The notes beneath the pieces were generated by a model, which had not been told where the DNA came from, did no database searches, and saw only the letters and a list, made by a program, of their open reading frames with translations. Source: an uncultured Acidobacteriota bacterium (GTDB lineage: Bacteria > Acidobacteriota > Thermoanaerobaculia > Gp7-AA8). Taken from it: a stretch of DNA of 64,000 nucleotides. The translations under genes were made by a program, and so were the position numbers. Positions 31,467 through 43,910 of this stretch are shown piece by piece. Where the stretch lies: contig CAWGHO010000001.1 in the NCBI GenBank assembly GCA_963822445.1, positions 224,001 to 288,000 of the forward strand, written 5' to 3'. Numbering within the stretch: position 1 is the first letter of the stretch; the number at the start of each line of letters is the position of its first letter.

Positions 31467-33386
31467 ATGGCGGACTCGTGGAGCTCATTCGCCGCGCGCG
31501 AGCCGTACTTCGCGGTCCTCACCCAGCATCGTTACCTGCGGGCGAACTTCGATCGCGACGCTGAGAACGAGTTCTTCGAGACCGGCGAAGCACTGGTTGC
31601 GCGGATCTTCAGCGTGATCCGCGCTCACGTGGCGGCGCGGGATGCGCTGACCGTGCTCGAGTACGGATGTGGTCCGGGGCGGCTGCTCATCCCTTTCTCG
31701 CGTCGGGCGACGGTGACCGGCGTCGACATCGCACCGGGGATGCTCGAGACCGCGCAGAAGCATGCGCCGAACGCCGAGCTCCTGACCGTCGAGCAATTCG
31801 ATGCGGATCCGCAGCGGCAGTTCGACATCGTCAACTGCTATCTCCTCCTGCAGCGTCTCTCACCGGATGACGGCCTCGCTCTCGTTCGGCGACTGGCGAG
31901 CCGCGTTCGCGCGGGCGGCGCAGGAGTCTTTCAATTTCCGTGGCGCTCCTCTTCTTCGCGCGTGGTGTCGGCATTGCGAACGGCACGATCGCGCGTGCCG
32001 GGCGTGAATGCGCTGGTGAACGTCGCGCGGAAGAAAGAGGCCTCGCTGCCGTTCATCGCCAGCAACGTCTACGACCTCAATGAAGTGCTGGCCGTGCTGC
32101 AGGAGGCTGGACTCGAATCGCCGCATCTCGAGCTCGAACGCCACGGCGATCTCGACACGGTCATCGTGCACGCGTTCCGGCCGGCTGTCGCCGCCAGTCG
32201 CGAGGAAACCACCGCGACACCGAGCGACGCGACGTTCATCGATGTGAAGAAGCTGATTGCCGAGTCGTCGATCGAACAGCTCAATCGGACGGCCGAGGAG
32301 TACTTTTCGTCGCTGACGGATTGGGAGTCTCATCTCGCCAAGCCCTTCGCGCGCGCGGAAGACACGCCGCAACTGTTGATCAATCTCGCGGTGGTGCTGC
32401 AGGGCCTCGCGCTGACTCCGGGGATGACAGTCCTCGAATACGGCGCCGGAACGGGATGGCTGTCGCGGTATCTCACCCAGCTGGGATGCAAGGCGATTCT
32501 CCTGGACGTGTCACCGACCGCTCTGAAGATTGCCCGCGAGTTGTGCGCACGGCAGCCGGTCATCGGCGAGCGTCCCGAGCCGCAGTTTCTGCAGTACGAC
32601 GGTCATCGCATCGATCTCCCGGATGCGAGTGTCGATCGCATCCTCTGTTTCGACTCCTTCCATCACGCCACGAATCCGGACGAGGTGCTGTGGGAGTTCG
32701 GCCGCGTGCTCAAACCGCGCGGAATCGCCGGCTTCGCCGAGCCGGGACCGGAGCATTCGAAAACGCCGCAGTCGCAGTACGAGATGCGGACGTACGGCGT
32801 GGTGGAGAACGACATCGACCTGCATGCGATCTGGCAGACCGCGGAACGGGTGGGCTTCGCCGAGTTGCGTGTCGCGGCCTTCAACGTGCCGCCGTTCTGG
32901 ATGTCGCTGGCGGAGCTCGATCAATTCCTCAACGGCACCGGACCGTACGCGCGATGGGGCGAGCAGAGCCGGCGCTTTCTCACAGGCGTGCGCGATTTCT
33001 TCCTGCTCAAGCCCGGCGCGCACGAACTGGACAGCCGGCGTACGGAAGGCCTCAGTGGCTCGATCGAGGCGACGCTCATCGACCCGTCGTCGATTCGCGT
33101 GACCGTGCGCAACACGGGACGCGCGCGATGGTTGTCATCGAAGGAAACGTACGGCGGCGTCGCGGTCGGCGCGCATTTCTACGACGCGAGCGGCCACCTG
33201 CTGCAACTCGATCCCCGGCAGGAGCTGCCGCGGGAACTGGAGCCCGAGCAGGAAGCGACGGTCGTCTTCGAATTGCCGAAGCTCGAGCCGGGAACCTACA
33301 CGGTCGAGATCGATCTGGTTGCGAACAAGGTTGCGTGGTTCGCGCAGATTGGCTCGACGCCGGCGCGGGTCACTTTGTCATCGTGA
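31467..33386 (+). CDS. Tandem double class I SAM methyltransferase with C-terminal Ig-like domain
   Basis: LEYGCGPG and LEYGAGTG motifs; C-terminal VTVRNTG..W..GTYTVEIDLV..WF. Confidence 0.85.
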   Translation: MADSWSSFAAREPYFAVLTQHRYLRANFDRDAENEFFETGEALVARIFSVIRAHVAARDALTVLEYGCGPGRLLIPFSRRATVTGVDIAPGMLETAQKHAPNAELLTVEQFDADPQRQFDIVNCYLLLQRLSPDDGLALVRRLASRVRAGGAGVFQFPWRSSSSRVVSALRTARSRVPGVNALVNVARKKEASLPFIASNVYDLNEVLAVLQEAGLESPHLELERHGDLDTVIVHAFRPAVAASREETTATPSDATFIDVKKLIAESSIEQLNRTAEEYFSSLTDWESHLAKPFARAEDTPQLLINLAVVLQGLALTPGMTVLEYGAGTGWLSRYLTQLGCKAILLDVSPTALKIARELCARQPVIGERPEPQFLQYDGHRIDLPDASVDRILCFDSFHHATNPDEVLWEFGRVLKPRGIAGFAEPGPEHSKTPQSQYEMRTYGVVENDIDLHAIWQTAERVGFAELRVAAFNVPPFWMSLAELDQFLNGTGPYARWGEQSRRFLTGVRDFFLLKPGAHELDSRRTEGLSGSIEATLIDPSSIRVTVRNTGRARWLSSKETYGGVAVGAHFYDASGHLLQLDPRQELPRELEPEQEATVVFELPKLEPGTYTVEIDLVANKVAWFAQIGSTPARVTLSS

Positions 33387-34356
33387 GGCGCGACGGTGAA
33401 GACTCGCCCATCGCCGCCATGACGCGCGCATCCTCGAGGTCCGCGCCGCGCACCTTCCGGTACAGCGCCCAATAAACGCTGACCGATCGCTCGAACACCC
33501 ACAACGGCGCGAACAGCACCGATCGCAGCGGGAAAAACGCGGCGGCGCCGGAGCGTCCACGGAGCGCAAGTGCGACCGAGGCGAAGGCGATGACGCTCGC
33601 GTAGCCGCCGGCGAGTTGAATGCCGCCGAGCACCGCTAGCAGCAGGAGCATCGGCAGGAGCGAGAAGAAGAACGCGCTCTTCATCGGCAGGGCGAAATCA
33701 TCGCCGGCCTGACGCGCGCGGCCGGTGATCCATTCGCCGAACGCACCCGGTTGCCGCTTCACGAACACTTCGTGCGCGGGATAAACCTCGGCACCAACCG
33801 CGGAGAGCCGCCGCGCCTGATCATCCTGCAAATGCACGCCGGCGAGTGAACGCAGCGACCGCACCACGGCACGGCGGAAACCGAAGGTCACGCCGTGATC
33901 GGGCTGCGGCTCGACGCCGCGATGAAGGAGGATCCGTCCGGCCTCGATCCCGCCCCACCAGGGCAACGGATCGAGATAGTCCTGCGGCTCGACGACTTCA
34001 TGAAGATCGAGGAGATCGCAAAGCTGTCCGATCGCCTCGGGCGTGTAGCGAACATCTTCCGCGGCGACGATGACTTTCTCGCAAGACGCAACGTCGACCG
34101 CCGCACGCACGACGTCGATCGCGCCGCTGGGCGTGCGATGCTCGGGCTTCACCGCGAGATGCCGTCCCACCCATCGCAGCACGCGCGACGTCGCTTCGAA
34201 TTCAGGCGCCGCTGACGGGTCAAGAACGACCACGTCGATCTCGTGCAAGCCGAGCGCGGAGAGGTAGTTGGCAAGGTTACGAAGCTCGTCGGGCGAGGAA
34301 GTGACACGGTCCGCGAGCACCACGTAACTGCAGGGGCGCTCCTTCCGTCGAGCCAT
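33370..34356 (-). CDS. Glycosyltransferase family 2-like membrane protein
   Basis: VVVLD, IVAAEDVRY (DxD-like), RARQAGDDF (QxxRW-like region), C-terminal TM segments. Confidence 0.65.
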   Translation of the reverse strand: MARRKERPCSYVVLADRVTSSPDELRNLANYLSALGLHEIDVVVLDPSAAPEFEATSRVLRWVGRHLAVKPEHRTPSGAIDVVRAAVDVASCEKVIVAAEDVRYTPEAIGQLCDLLDLHEVVEPQDYLDPLPWWGGIEAGRILLHRGVEPQPDHGVTFGFRRAVVRSLRSLAGVHLQDDQARRLSAVGAEVYPAHEVFVKRQPGAFGEWITGRARQAGDDFALPMKSAFFFSLLPMLLLLAVLGGIQLAGGYASVIAFASVALALRGRSGAAAFFPLRSVLFAPLWVFERSVSVYWALYRKVRGADLEDARVMAAMGESSPSRLTMTK

Positions 34357-34374
34357 GTCGGGTCTGGTTCGCAT

Positions 34375-34880
34375 TCACTGCGAATAACAGCGAGCGCCGT
34401 GCCACCGTCGTCTACTCCCGCGTAACGTTCTGACGTACCTCGGCGAAGCCGTGCGTGACCTGATAGTCCCCTCGCGACCATTGCAGCAAAAAGGGAACGA
34501 GCCCGCCGTCCGACCAGCGTCGGCACTTCCCTCTCTCGACGCAGGAGGACACCGGTGACCGCGTCGAGGTACAGCCGTTCGCCGGGTGCGACTTCGAGGA
34601 CCCACGCATCGCGGTTCCGCACGCGATCGGCGCGAATCGTTTTCGCGTCGGGATACGTGAGCTGCCGGAAGAAATGACTTCTGAGCTCCACACTTCCTTC
34701 CGGCGGATACGGCAGCGACATCGTCAACTCCGCTTTTGAGGGCCGCTCCTGATACAGCTCGAACGGTGCGCGCGGCGAAGGATCTGCTGGACGGTCGTCA
34801 GGTCACGCCAAGGGGTTGGCCATGGCGGTCATGATCGGGATGACCCTCCGAGAGACGTCAGTCAGGACCTTCACATGGCC
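34375..34880 (-). pseudogene. Degraded fragment, possibly of a c-type cytochrome / LolA-like fusion gene
   Basis: HVKVLTDV..IPIMTAMAN(x)LGVT, then after a break RDAWVLEVAPGERLYLDAVTGVLLRRE; multiple stops and frameshifts. Confidence 0.4.
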
Positions 34881-34903
34881 CGAGCCTTGCGAAATCGCGC
34901 CCC

Positions 34904-37011
<2,108 letters not shown>

Positions 37012-37012
<1 letters not shown>

Positions 37013-37045
37013 TTTCGGGGTTGCGGGGTTACGGGGTTTCGGGGT
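37012..37045. repeat. Octamer tandem repeat (GTTNCGGG)x4
   Basis: gtttcggg gttgcggg gttacggg gtttcggg. Confidence 0.8.
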
Positions 37046-37078
37046 GACCTTGGTAGCATCCGCGCGTCATAAACGACG

Positions 37079-37804
37079 ATGCGCATCAAACATCCCATCG
37101 CCCAGGTTGTGTCTCTGGTCATCGCATCCCTGCTGATCGCGGTCGTGGCCAACGGCTTCGCCGGCCGCACGCGCCAGCTCAAACTCCCGGGGTTTCATCC
37201 GGGCGCGCTCAAAGTTCCGCCCAAAGAACAGCCCGCGCCGAAGCCGATTGAAGCAACCACGACCATCGCGCCAACGACGACGACAGCCGCCATCGAACTG
37301 CCCGTCGCAACAACCACGACCATCGCTACCGCGACGACCCAGCAACCCAGCAACCCAGCAACCCAGCAACCGGTTCAAACCCCGCAACCCCGTAACCCCG
37401 TAACCCCGAAACCCGACCTCTCCCGATTCACCCCCCACCCCGACAAGGCCTACGTCGAGATCACCGGTGACGACGCGGCGGCGCTGCACGCGGGCGGGGC
37501 GCTCTTCCTCGACGCGCGGCGCACCTCGGTGTTCGAGGAAGGTCACATCGCCGGCGCGCGGCCGTTCTCGGTGTGGGAAGTCGACGTCGACGACAAGGTG
37601 AACGCGCTCTTCGAAGAACGCTCCGACCCGGCCGAGCAGAACAAGCCCATCGTCATCTACTGCTCCGGCGGCGCGTGCGAGGACTCCCACATGCTCTCCC
37701 AGAAGCTCTGGGGCGTTCAGTTCAACAACATCTACGTCTACAAGGACGGCTTCCCCGACTGGCAGAAGCGCCGGTTACCGGTGCGGACGGGAGCGACGCC
37801 GTGA
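37079..37804 (+). CDS. Membrane-anchored rhodanese-domain protein with low-complexity linker
   Basis: FLDAR..FEEGHIAGA, IVIYCSGGACEDS, YKDGFPDW. Confidence 0.88.
   Translation: MRIKHPIAQVVSLVIASLLIAVVANGFAGRTRQLKLPGFHPGALKVPPKEQPAPKPIEATTTIAPTTTTAAIELPVATTTTIATATTQQPSNPATQQPVQTPQPRNPVTPKPDLSRFTPHPDKAYVEITGDDAAALHAGGALFLDARRTSVFEEGHIAGARPFSVWEVDVDDKVNALFEERSDPAEQNKPIVIYCSGGACEDSHMLSQKLWGVQFNNIYVYKDGFPDWQKRRLPVRTGATP
37338..37414. repeat. Translated octamer repeats (CCCAGCAA)n and (CCCCGNAA)n
   Basis: Encode QQPSNPATQQP..PQPRNPVTPKP; the second tract is the inverted form of 37012-37045. Confidence 0.8.
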
Positions 37805-38265
37805 AGGTCTGGCTGACAAGTCCCTGGTTGACCATCCGCGTGCAGATCGCCCTCGGCGTCATCTTCCTCGTCGCCGCCTGGCCGAAGATCGTCGATCCGC
37901 CGTCGTTCGCGCACATGATCTACAACTACCACGTCCTGCCGTCAGGCCTGATCAACATCACAGCCCTGACCATGCCGTGGCTGGAGATCCTGGTCGGCCT
38001 CTGCCTGGTTCTCGGAATCTGGGTGAAGCCTGCCCGCTGGCTCGTCGCGGCGATGCTGATCGTCTTCATCCTCGCCATCGCCTTCAACCTCATGCGCGAC
38101 AACGCCATCGACTGCGGCTGCTTCGACGTCTCCGCCGCGGGCAAGACCCACGAAGAGCGCCTGCGCGACATGTGGCTGGTGATCCTGCGCGACATCGGGA
38201 TGCTGCTGATGGTGGCGCAGCTGGCATGGGCGGAGCGGGTGAAAAGGACCGAAACAGTTCCGTAA
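37801..38265 (+). CDS. MauE/DoxX-family redox-associated membrane protein
   Basis: PKIVDPPSFA, PWLEI..G, IDCGCF, ILRD; GTGA coupling. Confidence 0.88.
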   Translation: MKVWLTSPWLTIRVQIALGVIFLVAAWPKIVDPPSFAHMIYNYHVLPSGLINITALTMPWLEILVGLCLVLGIWVKPARWLVAAMLIVFILAIAFNLMRDNAIDCGCFDVSAAGKTHEERLRDMWLVILRDIGMLLMVAQLAWAERVKRTETVP

Positions 38266-38323
38266 CCCGGCCGTACATCAGTTGCGCCCGTACAATCGCG
38301 CCCGATTTCCTACCGGAGGACTG

Positions 38324-41300
38324 ATGCGCAAATTCGCGCTCCTGATCTGCTTCATGCTCGCTACCACTGCGTTCGCCGCCGACATTCAACTCGATCAACT
38401 CAGAAGAGGCGATGTCGTCGAGGGCTTCCGCACTGAAGCCATTTACCTCAACGACGCCGACAAGCCCCTCGGCGCACGGTTCATCCATCTGCGCTCCGGC
38501 TTCACCCTCGACTACCTGCAGATCGAGTCCGTGCCCCAGGGCTACACCTGGGTCAACTCGATTGCCGTCGGGGATCAGGGCGAGCCCCACACCCAGGAGC
38601 ACCTCCTCCTCGGCAAGGGCACGACCGGCCGCGCGTTCGCCGGCCTCGACACGATGTGGCTCTCGGGCTCGACCGCGTTCACGCAGCAGTGGCGCACGGC
38701 GTATCACTTCAACACCACCGCCGGAAAAGACGTCTTCTTCGACCTCTTCGCCGCGGAGCTCAACGCGCTGCTCCACCCCAACTACACCGATGAAGAGATC
38801 CGCCGCGAGGTCCGCAGCTTCGGCGTGACCACCAATCCCGATGGCACGCTGCGGCTCGAGGAAAAGGGCTCGGTCTACAACGAGATGACCAGCTCCAGCG
38901 CGAACCGCTATCGCGTTCTCTTCCGCACCATCGGCCAACTGGTCTACGGCAAGAATCACCCGCTCGCCTACAACTCCGGCGGCGAGCCGTCGGGCATCCG
39001 CACCATGCAGCCCGAGGACATCCGGAAGTTTCACGCGGCGAACTACTACCTCGCCAACATGGGCACTCTCGTCGCCTTTCCGAAGAGCGTGACCGTGACC
39101 GAGGTGCTCGATCGGACGGATGCGATCCTCGCCAAGGTCGAGAAGGAACCGAAGAAGCGCGAATCGACACTGAGCAAGCCGTTCCCGCCACCGGTCGCCG
39201 CGCCAGGAGCGACGATCGCCATCGGTGAATGGCCGAATCGCAACGACCTGCAGCCGAGCCCTCTCGCGTTCGTCTGGCCGGCGACGCGCGGCAACATGAC
39301 CGCCGAAGAGCTGATCCTGCTCGAGCTCTTCACCGAGACCTTCGCCGGAGACGCCACCACGAACCTGTACAAGATGTTCGTCGACAGCAAGACCAAGGTC
39401 ATGGACATCGGCGCGACGGGCGTCTTCAGCAACGTCGAGCGCGACCCGGGCCACATGGTGGCGCTCATCCTCGACAACGTCGCCGTTTCCAATCTCAACG
39501 AAGCGAAGATTTCCGAAGTCCGGACAAAGGTGACAGACGAGCTGGCGCGGATCGCCGGGTTCGCCGACAACTCGCCGGAGCTGAAAGAGTTCAACGACCG
39601 CGCCCTGAGCCGGGTCATCGAGGCCGAGCGCCAGATGGCGAACCTCGTCAACACCCCGCCGTCCTGGGGCGCTCGCGGCACGGGCTCGGTCTGGGACGAT
39701 CAACTGCTCCTCCTCAACCGCTCGTCCGACTTCAAGAAGTCAGTCACGCTCAAGCCGCAGACGCAGGCCGTCCGCAAGCTCCTCGCATCGGGCAAAAACA
39801 TCTGGCGCGATCAACTGAGCAAATGGCAGCTCACCGGCGTGACGCCGTATGCGGCGGCAGCGAAGCCGAGCCCCGCGCTGCTGATGCGCGAGGATCAGGA
39901 GCGCGTGGCGCGCGCCGACGTCGAAGCGAAACGCCTCGCCGCGAAATACGGCGTCGCCGACGTCCAGGAAGCGCTGAAGCGGTATCAGAAGGACACCGAG
40001 GCCGAGGCGGCTCGGATCGAGGAAGAGGCGAAGAAGATTGCGCCTCCGGAGTTCGTGAAGAACCCGCCCATGTCGCTCGACGAAGGCCTGCAGTACACGC
40101 AGACGAAGCTCGAGTCGGGCGTGCCCATCGTCACGTCCACCTTCGAGAACATGTCCAGCGCCACGCTCGGTCTCGCGGTGCGCGCGGACGTCGTCGCCGC
40201 GGATGAGCTGCGTTACCTGTCCGTGCTGCCGCAGCTTCTGACTCGCGTCGGCGTGATCGAGAACGGGAAGCCGGTCTCGTTCGAAGAGATGTCCGAGCGT
40301 CTGCGCAAGGAGATCCTCCGTCTCGACGCGAACTACTCGACCAACCCGCGCACCGAGCGCGTGGAGCTGATCGTGCGCGGCGCGGGAATCGGAACGACCG
40401 AGGCTCAGCGAGCCATCGAGTGGATGAACCTGGTGCTGCATCATCCGGACTGGCGCGTGGAGAACCTGCCGCGCATCCGCGACGTCGTCGATCAAGTCCT
40501 GAGCGGCTGGCGCAACGTCATGCAGGCTCCCGAGGAGTCGTGGGTGAACAATCCGGTGAATGCGTACCGGATGCAGACCAATCCGGCGTTTCTCGCGACC
40601 GACTCGATCCTCACCCGCGCGCACAACGCGCTGCGGTTGCGCTGGCAGCTGAAGGAAGCGCCGGCCGCCGATCGCGACGCGCTTTCGGCGTGGTTCGCGA
40701 CCCTCGCCGCGAAAACAGGCACGCGCGCCGAACTGAAAGCTTTCCTCGCCGATCCGGCAACGGCCACGACGCCGATCGCGAAAGAAGTCGTCAAAGACCT
40801 CGACCTCACCCTCGGCGACATTCCCGACAGCAGTCTCGCCGCCGACTGGAAGTATCTCGTCGACACGATCCGCGCCGATCTGTTCATGCCTCCGTCCGAA
40901 GCATTGGCGAAACTGAACGCGGTGCGCGCGAAGCTCGCCAATCGCGGCAACGCGCGCATGTGGCTGGTCAGCTCGAGCGCGATTCAGAAGTCGCTCGCAC
41001 CGTCGATCAACGCCTTCTCCGCGTCCCTCGGAACCGGGGCAGCATCACCGGCGCAGCGCGCCGGCGTGCGTCATGTCGACGCGCGACTCCTCGCGCGCGA
41101 CGCGGCCGCGCAGACGCCGGTCTACGTCGGATTGCTCGCCCCGAACATGAAGGGCGGCGTGATCATCACCTCCGTTCCGAGCGCGCATTTCTCGGACTTC
41201 GGCGACAAGGCCAAGCAGCTCGACTACCTCGCCTCGCGCCTCCACTCCGGCTACGGCGCGCACGGAGTGTTCCTGAAGACGCTCGCCAACGGTCTCGCCT

Positions 41301-41803
41301 ACAGCAACGGTCTGCGCGGCAACGTGCAGTCGGGCCGCGCCGGTTACTACGCCGAGCGCACGCCGGAGATCCCGCAGACGGTGAAGTTCGTCGTCGACAT
41401 CCTCAAGTCCGCCGAGCGCGACCCGCGCCTCGGCGACTACGCCGTCGCCCAGGTCTTCGGCGAGAGCCGCGCCGCCGGAACGTACGAGGCCCGCGCGGAG
41501 GGCATCGCTCACGACCTCGCCGACAATCAGCCGCCCGATCAGGTGCGCCAATTCCGCGCATCGATCCTCGAGCTCCGCAAAGACCCCAACCTCGGCAACA
41601 CGCTCTTCGACCGCAAGGACGCGGTCTACGGCCGCAGCCTTCCCGGCTACAACGTGAAGGGCAAGGACGTGCCGGACGCCGTCTACTTCACGATCGGACC
41701 GGACAAGCAGCTCGACGCGTGGGAAGCGTATCTGCGCAACGCGGAAGGGGCGGAGACGAAGCTCTGGCGCCTTTATCCGCGCGACTTCTGGATGACCAAC
41801 TGA
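38324..41803 (+). CDS. Large exported M16-like (inverzincin) metallopeptidase
   Basis: Signal peptide; GEPHTQEHLLL (HxxEH); KGSVYNEM, SGGEP..I as in PreP-like enzymes. Confidence 0.75.
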   Translation: MRKFALLICFMLATTAFAADIQLDQLRRGDVVEGFRTEAIYLNDADKPLGARFIHLRSGFTLDYLQIESVPQGYTWVNSIAVGDQGEPHTQEHLLLGKGTTGRAFAGLDTMWLSGSTAFTQQWRTAYHFNTTAGKDVFFDLFAAELNALLHPNYTDEEIRREVRSFGVTTNPDGTLRLEEKGSVYNEMTSSSANRYRVLFRTIGQLVYGKNHPLAYNSGGEPSGIRTMQPEDIRKFHAANYYLANMGTLVAFPKSVTVTEVLDRTDAILAKVEKEPKKRESTLSKPFPPPVAAPGATIAIGEWPNRNDLQPSPLAFVWPATRGNMTAEELILLELFTETFAGDATTNLYKMFVDSKTKVMDIGATGVFSNVERDPGHMVALILDNVAVSNLNEAKISEVRTKVTDELARIAGFADNSPELKEFNDRALSRVIEAERQMANLVNTPPSWGARGTGSVWDDQLLLLNRSSDFKKSVTLKPQTQAVRKLLASGKNIWRDQLSKWQLTGVTPYAAAAKPSPALLMREDQERVARADVEAKRLAAKYGVADVQEALKRYQKDTEAEAARIEEEAKKIAPPEFVKNPPMSLDEGLQYTQTKLESGVPIVTSTFENMSSATLGLAVRADVVAADELRYLSVLPQLLTRVGVIENGKPVSFEEMSERLRKEILRLDANYSTNPRTERVELIVRGAGIGTTEAQRAIEWMNLVLHHPDWRVENLPRIRDVVDQVLSGWRNVMQAPEESWVNNPVNAYRMQTNPAFLATDSILTRAHNALRLRWQLKEAPAADRDALSAWFATLAAKTGTRAELKAFLADPATATTPIAKEVVKDLDLTLGDIPDSSLAADWKYLVDTIRADLFMPPSEALAKLNAVRAKLANRGNARMWLVSSSAIQKSLAPSINAFSASLGTGAASPAQRAGVRHVDARLLARDAAAQTPVYVGLLAPNMKGGVIITSVPSAHFSDFGDKAKQLDYLASRLHSGYGAHGVFLKTLANGLAYSNGLRGNVQSGRAGYYAERTPEIPQTVKFVVDILKSAERDPRLGDYAVAQVFGESRAAGTYEARAEGIAHDLADNQPPDQVRQFRASILELRKDPNLGNTLFDRKDAVYGRSLPGYNVKGKDVPDAVYFTIGPDKQLDAWEAYLRNAEGAETKLWRLYPRDFWMTN

Positions 41804-42627
41804 ACCGCCGCTAAGTCCTGCAAAGCCGTCCCGGTGGAGTCGAAGACGATGACCTCGTCTTCACTCCGCCGGCCAGCGCGGCCGCAAACGACATCCGCCA
41901 GCTCGCCGGCAACGTCTTCGCGGGTCATCACGCCCGCCGCGATCGCGTGATGCAGATCGCCCATCGTCGCGGCCTGCTCGAGGATGTCAGCGAACACGCG
42001 GCTCTCCTTCAACAACGCCGGCGAGAGCTCGTGCTTGTGCGGATTGTCGGCGCCGACGCCGGCGATGAACATGCCCGGCCGAAGGTGACGCGCGTCGAGA
42101 ATCGGCGACTTCGACGGCGTACAGGTGACGACGATGTCCGCGTTCGCAACCGCTTCGTCGATCGAGTTGCAATTGCCCTTCGCCGGATCAGCGTCGTACA
42201 CCAACACGTCATCGATCGATCGCACGAGCCTGATGGCGTCGACGTGTGCGCGTCCCTGCGTGCCGCCGCCGATGATCGCAAGAGTTTTCGCGTCCTTGCG
42301 CGCGAGGTACTTTGCCGCGACTGCTGTCGCCGCAGCGGTGCGGAGCGTGGTGACGTGAATCGAGTCCATCACCGCCAGCGGCGTGCCGCGCTCGCGATCG
42401 AAGAGCACGATCACGCCCTGAATCGTCGGCAGCCCGTGAAGGCGCGGGTTGTCCGGGAAGTTCGCGTTGATCTTCGCCGCGAAGACCTCACCGATCGCGG
42501 CCTTGATGTGGAAGTGATCGATGCCGAGGCTCGCCGGCGCGGCGACGCGGCCTTCGCCGTACGCGCGAAACATCTCTTCGACCGCGGGGATGCATTCGTC
42601 GATGGTCAGCGCCGGCGTGGGAAACAT
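41773..42627 (-). CDS. Ornithine cyclodeaminase / mu-crystallin family protein
   Basis: TTLRTAAATAVAAKYLAR, IGGGTQG, ADIVVTCTPS, FDSTGTALQD. Confidence 0.9.
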   Translation of the reverse strand: MFPTPALTIDECIPAVEEMFRAYGEGRVAAPASLGIDHFHIKAAIGEVFAAKINANFPDNPRLHGLPTIQGVIVLFDRERGTPLAVMDSIHVTTLRTAAATAVAAKYLARKDAKTLAIIGGGTQGRAHVDAIRLVRSIDDVLVYDADPAKGNCNSIDEAVANADIVVTCTPSKSPILDARHLRPGMFIAGVGADNPHKHELSPALLKESRVFADILEQAATMGDLHHAIAAGVMTREDVAGELADVVCGRAGRRSEDEVIVFDSTGTALQDLAAVQLVIQKSRG

Positions 42628-43910
42628 TGCAGCTCCTCGAAAAGATGAATTGCGGCGCGGGTCGCTTTCTCCCAGTCGCCGAGATTGAGGGACTCGTTTT
42701 CGGAGTGGGCGTTGGAGTGCGGGTCCTGCACGCCGGTCAGCAGCGGCGGAACGTCGCCAGCCAGGTCGGCGAATGGTTTGACGAAGCCGATCGAGCCGCC
42801 GCTGCCCATCATCACCGCTTCCGCGCCGAACCCTTTCGTGAGCGCGCGGCGTGCGGCGGTGAAAAGCGGATGCGAGGGATCGGCTTCCCACCAGGACGGT
42901 CCGCCGACGATCTTCGTGGTGACATGCGCGCCGTGCGGCGCATCCGCGCGGATCGCGCTCGCCAGCAGTTCGCCCGCTTCGATCGTGTCGAGATCGCGAA
43001 CCGTTCGCAGCGACAGGCGTGCGCGTGCCGAATCGGAGATCTGGTTTGCGGCGTGTCGCGATGGGAACCGCTTCGATGGCGGTGATGGTCAGCGACGGCC
43101 GCGCCCAGATCCGTTCCCACGCGCCTTCACCGGTGAGTTGCACGCCGTCGAGCAAGCCGAAGTGCGTCCGCTTCGGTCGAACGGGAGAGCGCGCATCGCC
43201 GCGAGTTGTGACTTCGTCGATGCGGACGCGCTCATCGAGACCGGGGATGCCGTCGCTGCAGGCGCGCGAGAATCGAGCAGAGGATCATGATCGCGTCCGG
43301 CATGAGCCCGCCGCCCTGCCCGCTGTGCACTGGACGCTCGAGACAACGCACCTCCACGTCGACGATGCAGTTGCCGCGGAGGCGGTATGTCAGCGCGGGT
43401 ACGCCGGTGGCGAAGTTCGGCGTGTCGCAGAGGACGATGAAGTCGCAGGCGAAAAGCGATCGATGCTCGGCGAGCAACGCGGCGAGATTCGGCGAGCCGA
43501 TTTCCTCTTCCCCTTCGATGAGCATCTTCACGTTGCAATGCGAGCTGGCCTGCAGCGCGGCGAGCCAGGCCATGAAGCCGCCTTTGTCGTCCGACGTGCC
43601 GCGGCCGTACATCCGGCCGTCGCGGACGACTGCCTCGAAGGGCGGCGAGAGCCAGCGATCCTCGCGTCCAGGCGGCTGCACGTCGTGGTGGCCGTAGACG
43701 AGCACCGTCGGCCGATCGGCGGAGACGAATCGCTCGCCGTACACCGCCGGATGTCCCGCGGTCTCGAGCAGACGAACATTCGTGAGCCCGTACTCGATGC
43801 AGCGTTTCGGCGACCGCGTTCGCGGAGCGCCGCACTTCCACTGCCGGAAAAGATTTCGCGGAGATCCCCGGAATGGCGACCAGCTCAGCGAGCCGCCGCT
43901 GCGCGTTCAC
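42606..43910 (-). CDS. M20 dipeptidase (multiple frameshifts)
   Basis: Fragments LVAIPGIS, YGHHDVQP, GRGTSDDKG, IEGEEEIGS, HSG..GG, GSGGSI, AHSENE. Confidence 0.85.
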
